64,000 nt of DNA, from assembly GCF_022539665.2 (NCBI RefSeq), contig NC_081331.1, forward strand, positions 8,928,001 through 8,992,000. The letters are read 5' to 3'. Shown piece by piece: positions 49,241-63,880 of the stretch (position 1 is the stretch's first letter; each line of letters opens with the position of its first letter). The notes under the pieces are model-generated. The model ran no database searches, was not told the origin of the DNA, and saw nothing but the letters and a program-made list of their open reading frames with translations. Position numbers and translations under genes: made by a program. This DNA comes from Daphnia carinata. Taxonomy: Eukaryota.

Positions 49241-51164
49241 TTACGCGTTGCTCTCGTTACTAGTGGCGTTCATGGACTGTCCTTCGACCTGAAAATAAAC
49301 AATTAACAATCAGTGAATCTTCTAAAAATAAAATGAAAATGTTTGGAAAATTAGCCATGATATAGCTCGCTCACATAATTATCACAAATTTCGTAATTAC
49401 TAGCATAGCAAAAGTTGGACAAATACAGAGCAATGCATTTAGAAAAATCTTAGCAAAAGCTTGTTGCTAACCTTTCCTTCAAGCCCCTCCCCAGAACGAG
49501 GCCTGGCTCCGCGACTGCGACCGCCACGTCGTCCTCTGAAAGGACGACCACCACGGTATGCTCCACGGCTTTCACCGGGACCATCTTCTTGAACTCCTTC
49601 AGATGATTCTTGTCCGGGTCCATGATCAGAGCGGGCTCCGCGTCCACGTCCATAATAGCCACGAGCACGAGACCGGGTGCGACCACGTCCGCGAGCGCCA
49701 TCGCGCAAACCTCCGCGAGCCCCACGAGATTTATTATCTTCTCCCGCCTCCTTTCAAAAGAATTCGTAATAATTAGAAATTAAAGCGGAAAATAAAAAAT
49801 AAAGCTACCCACATTTTCTGCTACACTTCTCGCATCTACTAACATTTTCTGCTTAAGGACAATCGTCAAATTTTTTTTACCTGATCGGCGTCACCTTCCG
49901 CGTGGGGTTTCTCAGCAGAAACTTCTTCACCTTCGGTGTTTTTACGGGGGCGGTTGAAATAACGAGGACGGTAACTCATTCCACGGAAGCGCCCACGGAA
50001 ACCACGTCCACGAGAAGGCCCTTCTCTGGGAGCGCTCATTTCTTCATTTTCTTCATCTCCTTCACCACGCTCTTCAGAATGATCTTTCCCATCTGTAAAG
50101 AAAATTTTATTGGGCGCTTACATCCAGATTCCTTTAAATCATTTTATAACCTTCATCGCCTTCGCGACGAGGTCCCCTTGGTCTACGTCGGTAACCACTT
50201 CCCAAACCACTATTACCTCCGGCAGCGCGTCTGCGGTAGCCATACCCTCCTGGGCCACGCCGGTCTGCTGCATACGGAGAACCCTACGTAAGAATATAGT
50301 TAGCTTAAAAGATTATTTCGTTCACAACGTCAAACACACATGAACCTTAACAAACAACAACTATGAACAACAAAATTATGTCAATTTCAAAAGTGATGAA
50401 TAAAATTTTAAATTTAACACAAAACTGCATCATCCTTGCAGCTTACCTTGACTGGTTCACCTTCTGGACCAGTAACATTGGCTGCTTCGTGGCCTTTCTC
50501 CCCCACAACCACGTCAAACTCTACAATCTCTCCATCCCCAACACTCCTAACAGCTTTTCTTGGGTTATTGCGTGATATGGCCGTCTATGTGTGAAAAAAA
50601 AACATTAATTATTGCATTCAATAATGGAAAAGTAAGTTATAAACCGAACCTGATGGACAAAGATGTCTTCTTTAGTGTCATTCCTGAATAATAAAGAAAT
50701 AAACAGAATCATCAGTTTTAATATACATAAAATACAATTATCTAATGAGCAAATGGTAATACGATAATACTTGATCAATATAAAAAAAAAAACTTAAAAC
50801 AATTTAGCTGTTCATAAAGCACAAGTTCTTCACCGGTTGATAAAGCCATATCCACTCTTCACATTGAACCACTTGACCACACCCGACACTTTGGTAGCTA
50901 AAAATAAAAATACAGAGGTAATTAAAGTAAAACAAAATGTACGTTTTAGTGAAAAACTGAACGTTAACAAAAGATCGGCATGACATCGTCATGGCGGCAC
51001 TGGGACTGAGGCGTCCTCCATGATCCGTGCACACCACGCCGGTACGAATTATTTTTTCTTACAAATTTCGGAAAATTTCTACACAATAATCAACTTTTGT
51101 TACCGATGATTTGCTTTTCCGGGGCAGCCTTTGGCTGTTCGGGCTGGTTTTCCGGGTCGGCCAT
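49241..51164 (-). CDS. yps: Y-box binding protein (cold-shock domain; YBX1/ypsilon schachtel-like), 8 exons
   Basis: ATG at 51164 ([20 protein letters not shown]). CSD reads [88 protein letters not shown], followed by alternating RG-rich and acidic blocks. Last exon [18 protein letters not shown] (49241-49243). Confidence 0.95.
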
Positions 51165-54100
51165 GATGTTTAAACTGGCTAAAGATGGTAAAAAGGACCC
51201 ACACTCCTGCTTGATGGTACTGCACGCCCTTCCTTTTGATCTATCAGTCTGTGCTGTTCTTCTGCAGACGCTCAAAGCACGCCAAGTTAGTGTAGTGGGC
51301 TAGGACGCCAACAAAAATAGCATTTTAATCGATTCGTAGTTTTGCCGAGGAATCGATAATATTCAGTGGAGGGATTAACTATGACTGAAATGCAAAAACG
51401 TGTAATTTTTCACTGCGTGCTTGTAAAAAAAAAAAACAAAAAAAACATTTGAATCCATTCAAAATTCATTTGTTCGCCATCGAAAAAAAACTAACAATGT
51501 TTCTGATCATCCGTTAAATAGAACCTAGGTCTATGGGGAACAGCCCCCAAGTTCGGATGCCGTTCAAGAAACTTGGCTAACGAGGAATCGCCTATGCCCT
51601 ACTTTATGAACTCTATTTAAAGTCCTAGTTGGATTTCAGCCCATATTGTCTGTACTTTGTTGAAAAAAGTCTGTTTCCAAGGTGCGTTAATAAACAACAA
51701 TTTTTGAAGAGTATGGTCACTGAGAAGCCATTTGAAAAAGAAAAGCACAAAGAAACATGATGCATTATTATTCGTTAAAGTAAATTGATGTATGGTGTTT
51801 GCAAATTTAAGACCAAGTTGTGTTTCCTTTCAAACCCTGATACCCGCGGTATTATCGAAGAAATCTGGTATTTTTCCGCTTACTATTCTGTTAAAGACGT
51901 TCATTTATTGAAGGCACCGTGATACTTCGTTAAGTTACGCACAAATTTGAATGTCATAGTTTAGTACCTGTACATGGCGTTGGTGTTAACAGCAACAACA
52001 CTTACAATGTTAATAATACTGAGAACATCTCTTACTAAAATATACTGTATATGTTTTTTCCTTGGAATAATTATATTATAAAATATCTGGGAAATTGATA
52101 TTAGGAATCAAAATCGGACAATGATGACCAATGCGGGATATCGGAAGGGAAAGTTATAAAATGAAACTGTTGAAATGTGCAACACTTGTGTTTCTTTATT
52201 CTTTTACCTGTTGTATGGCGGTACCGATCGGGTCTACATTCTTGATGATTTTTTCATTAGAACAAAGATTGACTGCAAGAGTTCTGCGGACAGTTTCTTC
52301 GCTTTCACACAATCCGACCTCGTAAATTCCGAAAGGCACGAAAAATAGCTTAGACAACAGCCCTTGGAACACCGACTGCCGCTTAAGCATTTCCCCCTTT
52401 TTTCTTGTAACACCTGCAAAGGACAGCCATCCGACGTCGGGCACGTTGGCCGGACCATCAGAACACAGAGATGGCTAGCCTTGCAATGTATAAACGATTG
52501 TACCGATTAGTGGCTAGAGAATTAAAACTAGCACAGATTTTTTGGATACCTTGGAGGAGGTGAACGGCAAGAGCTTGTGCTAACGTTTATTTCCCAAGGC
52601 GCGACGGATGGTTACCAATCGCTCATTCGTCCCGCGCTAAAACTATACAAACACGTACTCGTCGATCGATTCGTCCTGTCAACCGAATCTTTTAATACCA
52701 ATTTTCGAAGAACAGAAGCAATCTTGTCACGTCAGGCTATGACAGAAATTTACGTTTTAAACACTGAAATTCCTAAAACAAAATAAAGTGTTATGTACCG
52801 GTGCTAACTGAAATACCTGTGGATGTAAAGAGGTTGTAAGTTTAAGAAGGACTGGTGATACACAGAAAAAACTGGTTTTATTGCCAGAAGCCTGAAGCCA
52901 ATACAATTTGAGTTGGCACACAGTAAAGAGCAATAATTATTCAACCCTTTACGTTTGACTGATTGCAAAAAAAAAGAAGCTATCATGTTAGCGATTTGTA
53001 AACGCAAAACAAGCATTTAGCTTATGAAGGCGATGATGAAGGGCCGCTCTAAGTTGTCAATATTTTTAAGCACTGTTTTTATTGATTTAGTTTTACTTTA
53101 TTATTCTTACTTTTTTTTTCTCTGTCCACTTGTGACGGACGCCTGTGGGAAGGTTACGGAAATGAATCTCCCCAAACCTATATTAAACCTGCTGAAAAAT
53201 GTTACCGAATACGTTTTGTCACACAAAAAAATGCAGTAAATCAAATAAAATATTTGTTAGGCAAATCGGAGAAAATGCAATCCAGTTCGCTTTAGCGTAT
53301 TCGTAACAAACAAAATTTCAGTGAGCAAAACCTTTTTTATTTCAATTGATTATTTTATTCCATTAAATTCAACTAAAATGTACAGGGTTTTTGGACGGCA
53401 GTTTATTACAGACACTTGTCGTCCTATAGGTTTTCTCACAAGTGCAACTTCGTGGCAAAGCACATTATCTGCGATAATGTCTTGGGTTTTTGTGTCACAC
53501 TCCGCCACGTCTACAGGATGTTAATCTTTCTGTATCAGTTGGGCATTTTTGCAGTAGGAAATACAAGGAAAAAAAAAAAATAAAAATAAAAATAAGAAGC
53601 CCTCTAGATCTTTCCTTTGATAGATAATTTGTCAAAATTCTTTATTGGTATGGAGTTTACACATTGTATTCATGCAAACAATAAACCATGGAAGCGCATA
53701 ATCATGATTTCAAGGAACTTAAGGCAAACATTTGACAGATGTAGACATATTATACACAAAGCTAGGTAGTCATGGAGCAGTCCGTTCATTTGCTTGTCAT
53801 TGTATGTAACCTACAATACTCATCAGAAGAATTGAACTAGTCCCAATTTGTTTTTTTCGTGTTTTTTCATAGATCCCACTGGCATCACTTTCCACCATAG
53901 TTTATTTTCATTCTACCACATTGTTCGTTGGATTAAAATAAAATTCAGATTTATTATTGAAAATCGTACGAGGAATGCTTTGGTGAAGAATGCGTTTACG
54001 AGCGTGACCAGTTCCAATTAAATCAGTCATTTCCGTTTTCCCTCGCTTTTTTTTTATTTTGCACTGCTAGGGCAATCTACTAAACCCCACAACACATCAC

Positions 54101-55381
54101 GCCGAGCCTGGAAATAAAATAGAATGGACAACGAAGTGACATTTGATGTTGAAACAAATTGGTTCAAAGAAACAACAGGAACATTACCAATCAAACGTCA
54201 TTGGTTCTGGTTTTCCAACAATTTTTCCTGTTTTTTTTTTTTTTTGCATGAAAAATAAATAAATAAGGTGTTCATTCTTCGAACGAATTTTTTTCTTTGG
54301 AATTAGCTTAAGTTCGCTGCTTCTCTAGTTTTTTTTTAGGCACCGCATTATGCTGTTTCTTAGAATAATATATGGGCAACATATCTCGAGGAGACTTATG
54401 CCTTTATCAACACCACAGAGATGTTGAAAATTTTATTTATTTTCGAAAACGGGCTCTTTATCTTGCCGAGTACAGGGAAAATGATAAACCAAGTTAACAC
54501 ATCTCATACGCCCGTGAACGCATTGTATTGCCCTCGTAACTGAACATTGCAAATTAAACTATGAGGAATAACCCTGATTTTATTTTAATCCAACAACTTC
54601 GGATACCCCATTAGGTAAATAGACAAACTTGGAAGGACGTAGTGCCACACGACATGATGGTAAGATCTCGAAAAACACGAGCGATGTTCAATTTTTTCTG
54701 TTGGGTATTGTTAAGGTACAAAAATGTCGATAGCTTCACAGAAATGCAACGCAAACCAAAAAAAAAAAGGTAGACGAAAAAAGGCTAGCTGCGGCTTGTA
54801 TAATAAACTGATATCAGAATTGTGGGTAAAATTTAATCTAAAATTGAAGGCTTAACATTGATGTGCGAGCCAGCAAAGCATTGGGTAATGTGTAACTTCA
54901 GTTGGCTGAATAACGTCTACTCAGCAAGCGACAGTCTGAAGTTGAACGGTTCGATATTTGAACTTGCGCACCCCAAAACTGCTGCATTGAGAAACCATAT
55001 TACGAGAAGCCATAAATTGTGATATGAATGTCATAGGCCAAGAACGGCTAGCTCCGTTCCACAACATTTCAACGATAACCTCAAGGGTAGTCAAATTTTA
55101 AGTACTGTCGGATTTTCCTCAGGCCAATAGCGATATCGTTAGATCCCAACTGCTTACAACATGCTGTATACTTCAAGATGAAAGAAAAACAATAAGCTCA
55201 ACACAACCATTTAAAGCGTGGAAGAGAAACTGTGTTAATGGTGGTTGTATCTACAGTACAAGTAGTTTGGTTACAAAATTAAGAGGCGATATAAATAACT
55301 CACTCAGCACATTAAATAAGTGTCCGCAACAGTGTATCATGACAATCCAAAGACTTTCAGTGAAGAGTAACCTATTTCACT

Positions 55382-58300
55382 TTACAATACATCGCGATGC
55401 CAAATCCATTTCTTGTTGGTATGATCAAATCGATGGGATAACCATTGGCTTTGGAGCAAAGCGTAACGTTCTTTGCTTAAATAAAGAGGTTTTCCGCGCC
55501 TGATGATTGAGTAAAATCGCACATCAATAACAATTGAGCATTATTAATGATTTAAAGTTGAAATTACTTGAGCTCGCGATCTTCTTCTCCAAATGCGTCC
55601 AAATAAACAGAACCCCAAAGACAAGCTCGTTTTCCGCGGATTACGATGATGGTTGAGCTATTAACAGCAAGAAAGATGGCTGTCCCTGCTCCACAGTCAA
55701 TCGAATGCTGTAAGTAAACACACAGTTAGGTCCGCAAATTCACTCTCTACAACATGTTTCTGCGTCGGATGCATCGCTTACCTGCACAGCTTCGTGGATA
55801 TTTTCCTCCTTGCAACAATTCTCTCGAAGACAGACAAGGGCTCCGCAGACCAGACAAAGACTAGGCTCCTTCGGGACAGAATTGCATTGCGAGCATGATT
55901 TGTGATGATAGAACTGCAAAGGCAATGAATAAATAATTAATTAATGGTAAAATAAAGTAAGTAAATTAAATTAAAGAAAGCCCGAGGTCTCCGTCAGGGG
56001 TTGCTTCTTCATTGCACTACCTTGAAAAGGGTATCGTAAGAATTCGGAAGCGTCAGAAGCCGCGGTCCTCTCCATTGACGATGTTGCATCAGCAGGTCAG
56101 TGGCCGCCAATATGCTCCTGGAATTGGCGAGGAAACCGCGAAATTCGTGGCACCAATAACCAATAACGGCGTTTGGCGCTAAGCAGGTGTCGATTTTCAT
56201 TTCATAATTGATGTTCAAGTAAGAACAAAGTTCGACGAACTCCTCGTGATCAGTGTGACTGATCCCCGACGTGGGAAGCGAATCGCCAAACAAGTGAAAC
56301 TGCAATAAGCATGCGATGCGAAGGAAATGTAGAGCCATTTTGTATAACGGCTGCTGGATGTCGCCCTCGACATTCAACACCGTATTGTCGTTGAACTCAA
56401 TGTCGGTTTCCTCGTCCCTGTAGAGGTGGACATCTTCCATCTTGCTGATGATGAACGACATGAGTGCAGCAACATTCCAGTCGCTCAAGGACAGCGACTT
56501 GTACGCCTTCCTCTTTTTCTCACCTAAACGGCAACTCAGCTGCATGACGATTTGAACCATGGTCAGATTGAAGAGCCGTTGCACTAGGCAAACGAAATGT
56601 CGCCGCTCGACGGGAAGCGGAAGTACCAAGACCATCTGAATAAGAAGGCATGGGACGTCTTGTATGAGCAGCGGCACTTCCATTTCAGTTGTGCGCGCTA
56701 AGCTATGGCTGAACGTTTCAGCGCTGTCGATCCCAGCTATCCGCGACCAAGTGTGTTGGTAGGATCGGGTGTTCAGTATTTTGCTGTGCGTCGCCAAAAC
56801 GTGAAGCAAAGGTAGTAAGCACGATCTTTTCGGTAGCAGAGACCAAGGCGAAGTTGAGTGGGAGACACTTTGGGAAGACGAACCCATGCTGGAAGCGCCA
56901 GGCGTTGGCGATGAGGAGAATCGCAGCTCCAAGCCAGGGCTGATCCAGCTGGCGCTAGACGCACCGGGCGTCGGGCTCGTCTCGCCCATCGCTTGAGCAT
57001 TCATATTCGAAGCTGCGCTGGATAGTGATGCGCAGCCCGATCCAGACGAACCAGCGACCAGCCCTGAACTTTGAATAATCGAGTCTCCTCTTTGCATCAA
57101 TTCGATTTCCAAATTGGTTCGTGCTAACGACTGGACAAAGAGGAAGAGACTAGCTGGACTAGGTGTTGAGGTGATTTGTCTAAAGTGCGAAAAGGTCGCG
57201 TTTGTCATGTCTTCCATCACCCGCCCCATGGCCTCCATCAGGTTCGATCCAAGATGCGGCGATATCGAAGGTTCACTGGCAAACATATTCTTCACTTCTT
57301 CACTGGCTTGAGTGAGACACGAGACGACGCCGACTGCTTTGTGAGGTCGCCCTCGGCTACTACCGTAAAGCTTCGTGGCAATAGGTAGAGCCGAATTGGC
57401 TAACTGCCTGCAAAGGGGACACGAGTATTCGCCCCTCTCGACGTTGAGACTCTGTTGCCTTTGTTGCGACCTCAGCGATTGCAGATACTGTTTATGACAA
57501 TCGAGATGCAAATAATGGCCACACGTGTGAACGTAGACACCTCCTTCGTAGCCTATGTTGAGGCATGCCAGCCATGAGCTTTCGTCAAAGTGTTGGCGTA
57601 AATTCTCCACTCGTCGGCTCATTTCAACGTGCAGGGAGTCCACCTTGTCCAGGTTGAAGCGATCTTCTTCGCAGACGGGCAACGCCAGACTCGATCCGCA
57701 CGGCCAGGAGCGCTTGTGAGCCAAGACACTTGTCGCCTGCAGCAAGACAACTAGGCACATGGGACGCTCGGATGTGCTCGGCGACGCCTGGTTGCAGATG
57801 ACACAATCATATTCTTCGGAGCTACCTCCCTCATTCGTTGTTGGATACGACGAATGCATGTTAAACGAGTCCGCAGTGGAAGACGGCTTCGGAATCGATA
57901 CCGATGATCCCGATGATTGGCAGGCGGCAGCCTCGGAGGAAGGGGCATTGGAAGACGAAGAACCCATCGAATTTGCCTCCAGATCCATTTCGACATCTTC
58001 GGCAGCCATAGCTTGCTGCATAAATTGTTTCTGCTTAGTTGCAAATTCCTGAAGAAGACGCTGTTGCCTCTCCTTAATTCTCCTTTTCTTCTCCTTCTCT
58101 CTCAGTTCGTCGGCCGTTTCACTGGGCAGGCAATCTTCAGCGGTGCGAGGCGGCCATAACGTTTGCTTCGTAGAGATAATTGACTGCCTGACTCGCGGAT
58201 CTATCCGACTCAGTTTATCGAGAACTTTCCCAATCCAAAAAGAGCCGTTACCGATTCGGCCATCCTCATCGACTGTAGGGCGCGCATCATTATCTTGGCT

Positions 58301-60578
58301 CAGAGATTCAGGAAGACGATAGCTATCACTATGGCCATTGAAGGACGAATGAAGCCGTAGCAAAAGAGAGATTATAGATTCGCGGACACACAGGCGCTCG
58401 TGTTGGTTATCACTTTCCGGCCCTTCGTCGTATTGTATAGTGGACATGCCAGGCGAGGTGTCAGATAAGTTGGAGTCGACTGAAATTTGGTTGGTGTACT
58501 TGGTGACTTCGTTTCCAGCGGTGATGGCGCGGATATTGGAATACGGTAGCTGGGGCAGGGCAGGAGTTGGGGAAATGGCTCCAGCTATGACCATGCTTGC
58601 CTGGTTGACGGCCGACAAAGCAGGCATAACCCGGAAGTGAGATGAGTTGCCTATACGGCTTGGGTTTCGATACACTGACATTGCGGCCACGTCCGAGGAT
58701 ACTACAGGTCTGTTTGAAGCAACTGGTACCAAGGCTAGAGAATCTGTTTCCGGTAAAGCAAGCAAAACATTTCCTCCGGTCGCTTCAGGGACATCCAAAT
58801 CCATGTCCTGATCACTCGACTCTCCTTCCGAAGTTGAAGAAGCGGAGGACGCCGAGGATTCTAAATCCAGTTCTGCAGCTGAGAAATGCACAGGACTATA
58901 GAGATAACATTCAGTTCGCCATTATGCAACTAGTATATCATACCTTCAGTGCTATTGGCGACAACTGCTGTCGAAGTAGCTAACGTCACGTTGTTAACAA
59001 CAGTGATCACGTTCTCGGCCAAGTTATCGGTAGAAAACCATTCACTAAGTTGAAGGTCGACGCGATCATCAAGTAGATGGACAATGGGTTCCCGAATGCA
59101 AACCTCCTAGTGATTACCAAAATACGTTATACATTCTGCTCCGATCAAGTACTTCGCAATAAACTAGGATTATTTAAAACTAATTATTCATTGATTTCGG
59201 ATTTGCGTAGGCACTAAGTCGATCTCTAAGAACGCAATAAGTTGACAAACAAATCCGAATTCAAACAGTTGTCTCAATATTTCTGTGACTGATCTGCGAG
59301 GCATCCGTATTCATGCATGGAATGCTAATTTTCTATACTCGCCAATCATAAAGAATGCCAAAGACTTACATTTCCTTGCGTTGTCGACTGATGAACCAAA
59401 GACACGGCCATATCCAATAGATATATCACTAAAGCTAGAGATTGCTCGCTCACGAGAGTTGGGGCATTAATGGCCTTATACAGCAAGACGAATAGCATTG
59501 CGTGGAAGGTCCTCGACAAAAGAAGCTTGCGAGGATCCTCGTAATTTGGATGCGTCGCAATAGGTAGACGAAAAGGTGGCCACAGAGTACCAGACGAATA
59601 ACTGGGGTACAGGCCGCTCTGTCGAACACTAGTAGTCGTTCAAAATGATACACATAATCAAATTCAAAATTATTAGTGGCGCTTCCAAAACTATTGGCAA
59701 CTCAAGTATTGTTTTACTACTGAGTAAACCGATCCATTGATGTCTGAAAATCTCTTCGGTGAACGGCTCGGAGCAGTACATAAATAGGATCATACAATTT
59801 TTCCCATACAACAGCTTTAGGCACGTACATTCCTTGTTGCATGGATCCACTCGCTTCAAAATTGGGTGCCTTATAGTCAGCAACCTGGAAAGTATGCAAT
59901 AAGGAAAACGATATTAACCTTGTACGAACTGTAGATCGGTGTGGGATTCGCATTCAAGTGCCTTACCTGTGCAAGAATCGCGTCAAAATCTTTGTTCTGC
60001 GGTGCACCGCATTTCTCGGGTAGCAATTCCATTAGCTGGCTGTGTGTACGGTCACTCATACACAAGAGAGATACCATTTCTAACCGATCAAGGTCAGACT
60101 CATTTGCACCTTGAGAAATTGTTTTTAGGAAAAAAAAACCGTTAGATCACAATTTCCATTGGCAAGGTATTGTTGATGAGCGAACTTGTTACCTATGTTG
60201 GTTCGAATAGACATGAGGCTGGCAATGAACGTAAGACAACTTTCCAACATTGCGGCTTCTTGTTCTCCTTCTAAAAAATTTGACTTCAGCAAAGGGTTCA
60301 TGGAAAGGAGTTCCATGGCATGAAATCTGAAATGGCAAGTCCCATTCAATTACTATCATACTTGCAAAATCGAATTATAAACATGTTTCTGTTACCTTTC
60401 GAAAATGATTGGCAAGACGAACGTAGGCGACAACTGTGTAGCACATATTTGAAGGAGATAAATATCGGCGTCAACCATAGAATTCCCAAAATGGCATTGG
60501 ATGTAAGACATCGCTTGTCCTTTAATTTGCAATCCATTTCGTACCCAAAGGCCAGACAGAATTTCATAGAATGCAGCC
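55382..60578 (-). CDS. UBR3: E3 ubiquitin-protein ligase UBR3, 3' half (5' exons lie beyond the window end)
   Basis: [75 protein letters not shown]2 (CVIC...[11 protein letters not shown]...[14 protein letters not shown]), [65 protein letters not shown]...[11 protein letters not shown] (55382-55384). No start exon or UBR box found in the window. Confidence 0.95.
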
Positions 60579-61432
60579 TTGAAACATAAGGAAATGACAA
60601 AAAAAAACCGAAGAAAAATTAATAATTGGAAGATCCAAATTCAGAGATATGAAATAGAGAAATACCATCATTAACTGGGATTGAACCCCAATTGCATCAA
60701 GTGAATTATCATCTTAATAAAGAGGATGAAAAAAAAACAACATAATTACAAGTAATTTTCTCGGTATTTCTTTAATAGTAGGTAACTTCACAATTTTTAT
60801 TTTACTTTTTAAATTAGAGCTCAATTGGCTAGGCTACCAAAATAGCCAAGAAAGGTTCCTGACAATAGCGGCACAACCAAAAACTTGTTATACATCCAAA
60901 ACAATGGTTGACCCTTAGGAAATCTGGAGACCCACTAAGGGACAGCTTAAAGCCTAGAATATCCAGTCGGATTTCCCCTATTTTTTATTTTTATTTAAAA
61001 CGCAAAAAAAGGCAAAAAGAGGCACAAAAAAAAAAAAAATGAATGTCTCAAAGAAGCAAACATGCCATGCGATAAAGGCAATAACAGGAAGGGAGCATTC
61101 ATGGAACTCATGGGAGAAGCAAAATTTCCCAGATAAAAACTCCCCCTTCCGAACTAACTGATAACCTCCCTCTGGCAACATTCTTTTTCGTTTTCTTCCT
61201 TTGCTTTGCTACAACACTTGTGCCATGCAATGCACAGTACCGAACCAGCCCTCCGGCAACCAGCGTACGAGAAAGCTGCACGTGACAGTGGAATCAGGAC
61301 CAAACGAAGTTGAACTGTCCGCAGCCACAGGACTATTCATCTGTTTGCGAGACGAAGACTAACAATTACAAGTTGTAGGTGATAGTTTTTTTTTTCCCAA
61401 ACTCTTTTGAGAGATAAAAAAAAGTGAAAAAG

Positions 61433-63880
61433 ATGACACGGCTTGTGTCACCCGAGAAGAAGCTACGCAGTTGCTTGCTGCTTCTACTTGTGTTTCTGCA
61501 ACCGACTAGGTCAGCCATCATAGCACACGAGAAAGTAAGCGAAATTGTTCAACAAGCTCAGCGTTTACTGAATACTACTTTAGCTGACGGGAGGTTACGC
61601 TCGTTCGAACTGGAAGGAAACAACAACAGCGCTGTGATGGCACAGCTCGTTCAGCCTTTATCATTGCAAATAGCTGTGATGCAGGTTACAGCAGCCCTGA
61701 ATCGCGAAATGAATTTGCCAAAATGGCAGGCCATGCTACGAGCTCTCGGTGGCGATCGCGAAGTGCTCAAACGGTTTGCGCAAATGCGCTCGCACTTTGC
61801 TTTGTTAGAGAAACAGCTGAGCGCTGGCCAAGATGGAGGCATTGAGGAACAACTCAATCAGATTGCTGCGCTCAGCTCTTCATCTACGACATGGGCGCGT
61901 GTTTGGCAACAACTGCAAACACTGATACAAGAGGTCGACAATCTACACGACTGGTTCGACCGTTACCAACGCAATTCAGCTGTCGTTAACGAGCGTACTT
62001 TACGCGACTTTTCCGAGACTGTCCACAGTGGATTAACTATCGAGAAAGCTTTAACTTCGATTCACGAAGCTGTTTGTCCTTACATCATGGACGACGAGGA
62101 CATGGAACGACCCGATAACAGCTCAGTTAGTTGTAACGGAGGAGTTCTGGAAACCCTGCAAACGGCTTTGACTCGGGTTGGAAAGCTTCACTGATGGATT
62201 TAACGAATGATTTATGAACTGAATTTTTTTTTTTTTCCTATCAACATCTGGTGGACTCGACCAACAGGCTAACGATAGCTTTATCTGTTCCTTGCCCAAG
62301 TCGACGCATCAACTTGTCTACGACCTATATGCCCTTTTAACTTTGACTGACGCCAAAGGTTACGCAATGATGCAGTTCTCATGGATGCTTTTGCGTCTCT
62401 ATGGAAAAGGTACGTGTTACAAATTACTGCAGCCTAGTGTTAAATAACTACAAGAAGATACGACGAAAACCGTTGTTCGTTTAACTATGAGTAGGGAGTT
62501 ATACTACTGAAACAGAAAAGGCAAGAATCGACTTCGAAAGGCGCATGACTGAAAAAGCGGAGGCTGCACAAAACGTTTTATCAAATCTGACTAATTGGAT
62601 GTGGAAATGCGATACACCCAAAAGTAGACAGATCGAGAACGAAACGTATATTCAGTTCACAGAATTACTGCAAGTAAGTCTTTTGCTAAGTAGCATATTC
62701 CTATCATCTCCATTTACACAAATACATTTCTTCTTTCGCACTCGTCTTTCAGGGCTACGTAGTCAACGAAGTGGATCTCAACCAAGACAACACTTGCAAA
62801 GAAAGTTGTTCAGCTTACTCAAATAGCCAAGAAAAGGGTTGCTTCGGCAATCAATTTTGCGCAAATTCGCGGCGGTGTTCCAGCGGACGCATTTATAATT
62901 GCGGTTTCATCGAAGCCGATTCGAACGTCTGCGTAACTAAAGCGCCTGGAAGACGCTACGATTGGATTCAGTACAAAAGCGGTCGGGTATTCGGTCAAAA
63001 GTCGGAATGCAACTCATCTACTAGCAAGAACGTGAAGACCGATTCGTGGTGGCGCTGGGTTTTCTGGCATTGTTCCTACTGCATGTGTCTTTGCGATCAA
63101 CCTGGACCACAATCGGATCGATACGTGAGCCTGCAATCGGCGCTAGCAGCCTCTGCTAGCAATCGGTTGATGACCGGAGTTCGCTTCGTGAAGAAGAATC
63201 GGGTATTGCACATTCAAATTCAAGAAGGCGAAGCATTACCGCAAGGCTCGGTTAACGAGACGACGCTTCAGTGGCAGCCAATTACCCCCATTACGGTACC
63301 AAGTGGCCAACATGAAACTGTAGAAGACGGACTTGGATATGCCACTCTGCGCTACGAAGAGCGAGCTCTTGATCTCGACGATTTGGTTGCCCCGAAAGGA
63401 CACGTTATAACTGGATTGCGCTTCCGCAAATTGGGTGGTCATCTGAATTTAGAGGCTCAAGCATCGCCCATCGATTTCATGACTGGTTCAATCGACAGCG
63501 AACGTGCCATTTGGCTGTCTAACGACAACACTCCCGTTACGGAAACAAACCCACGTACGAAAGTGTCCCTATTGTCGCCTGATGTGTCCACGCGCTCTCA
63601 CATACCATCTGTACCCGATTCAGCCTCGGATCAATTCATAGAATTCCAAGTTACGTCCTTGGAAAAAGACGTATCTCAAACTACGGTGCCTTTTATTGAA
63701 GCTACTCCAGTAGCGCCCGAACCACCAGTTTGGTTGACGGGAATCGGTATCTATCACAAAGGCCAACCTGGATATGGCGGATACGTCGCCTTCCGCATTG
63801 CCACGCTCAACTTTTCTGATTACATGACGGTCTCTTCAGACGAATACAATTACACCGTCGAAGAAGACACTCTTGGTTAA
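61433..63880 (+). CDS. DUF4803-family secreted protein (Orion-like), 4 exons, about 730 aa
   Basis: ATG 61433 with a hydrophobic signal peptide (SCLLLLLVFLQPTRSA). Exons 61433-62176, 62268-62409, 62495-62673 and 62753-63880 are phase-compatible. Motifs KGYAMMQFSWMLLRLYGKG, WKCD, LLQGYVVNEVDLN, TCKESCSAY, SWWRWVFWHCSYCMCLCD, SDRYVSL, TGVRFVKKNR, QTTVPFI and GIGIYHKGQPGYGGYV are typical of the family, from recall. Confidence 0.85.

Noticed and set aside
56773..58983. Multiple alternative-frame and antisense ORFs
   Set aside because: Shadows of the large GC-richer UBR3 exon.
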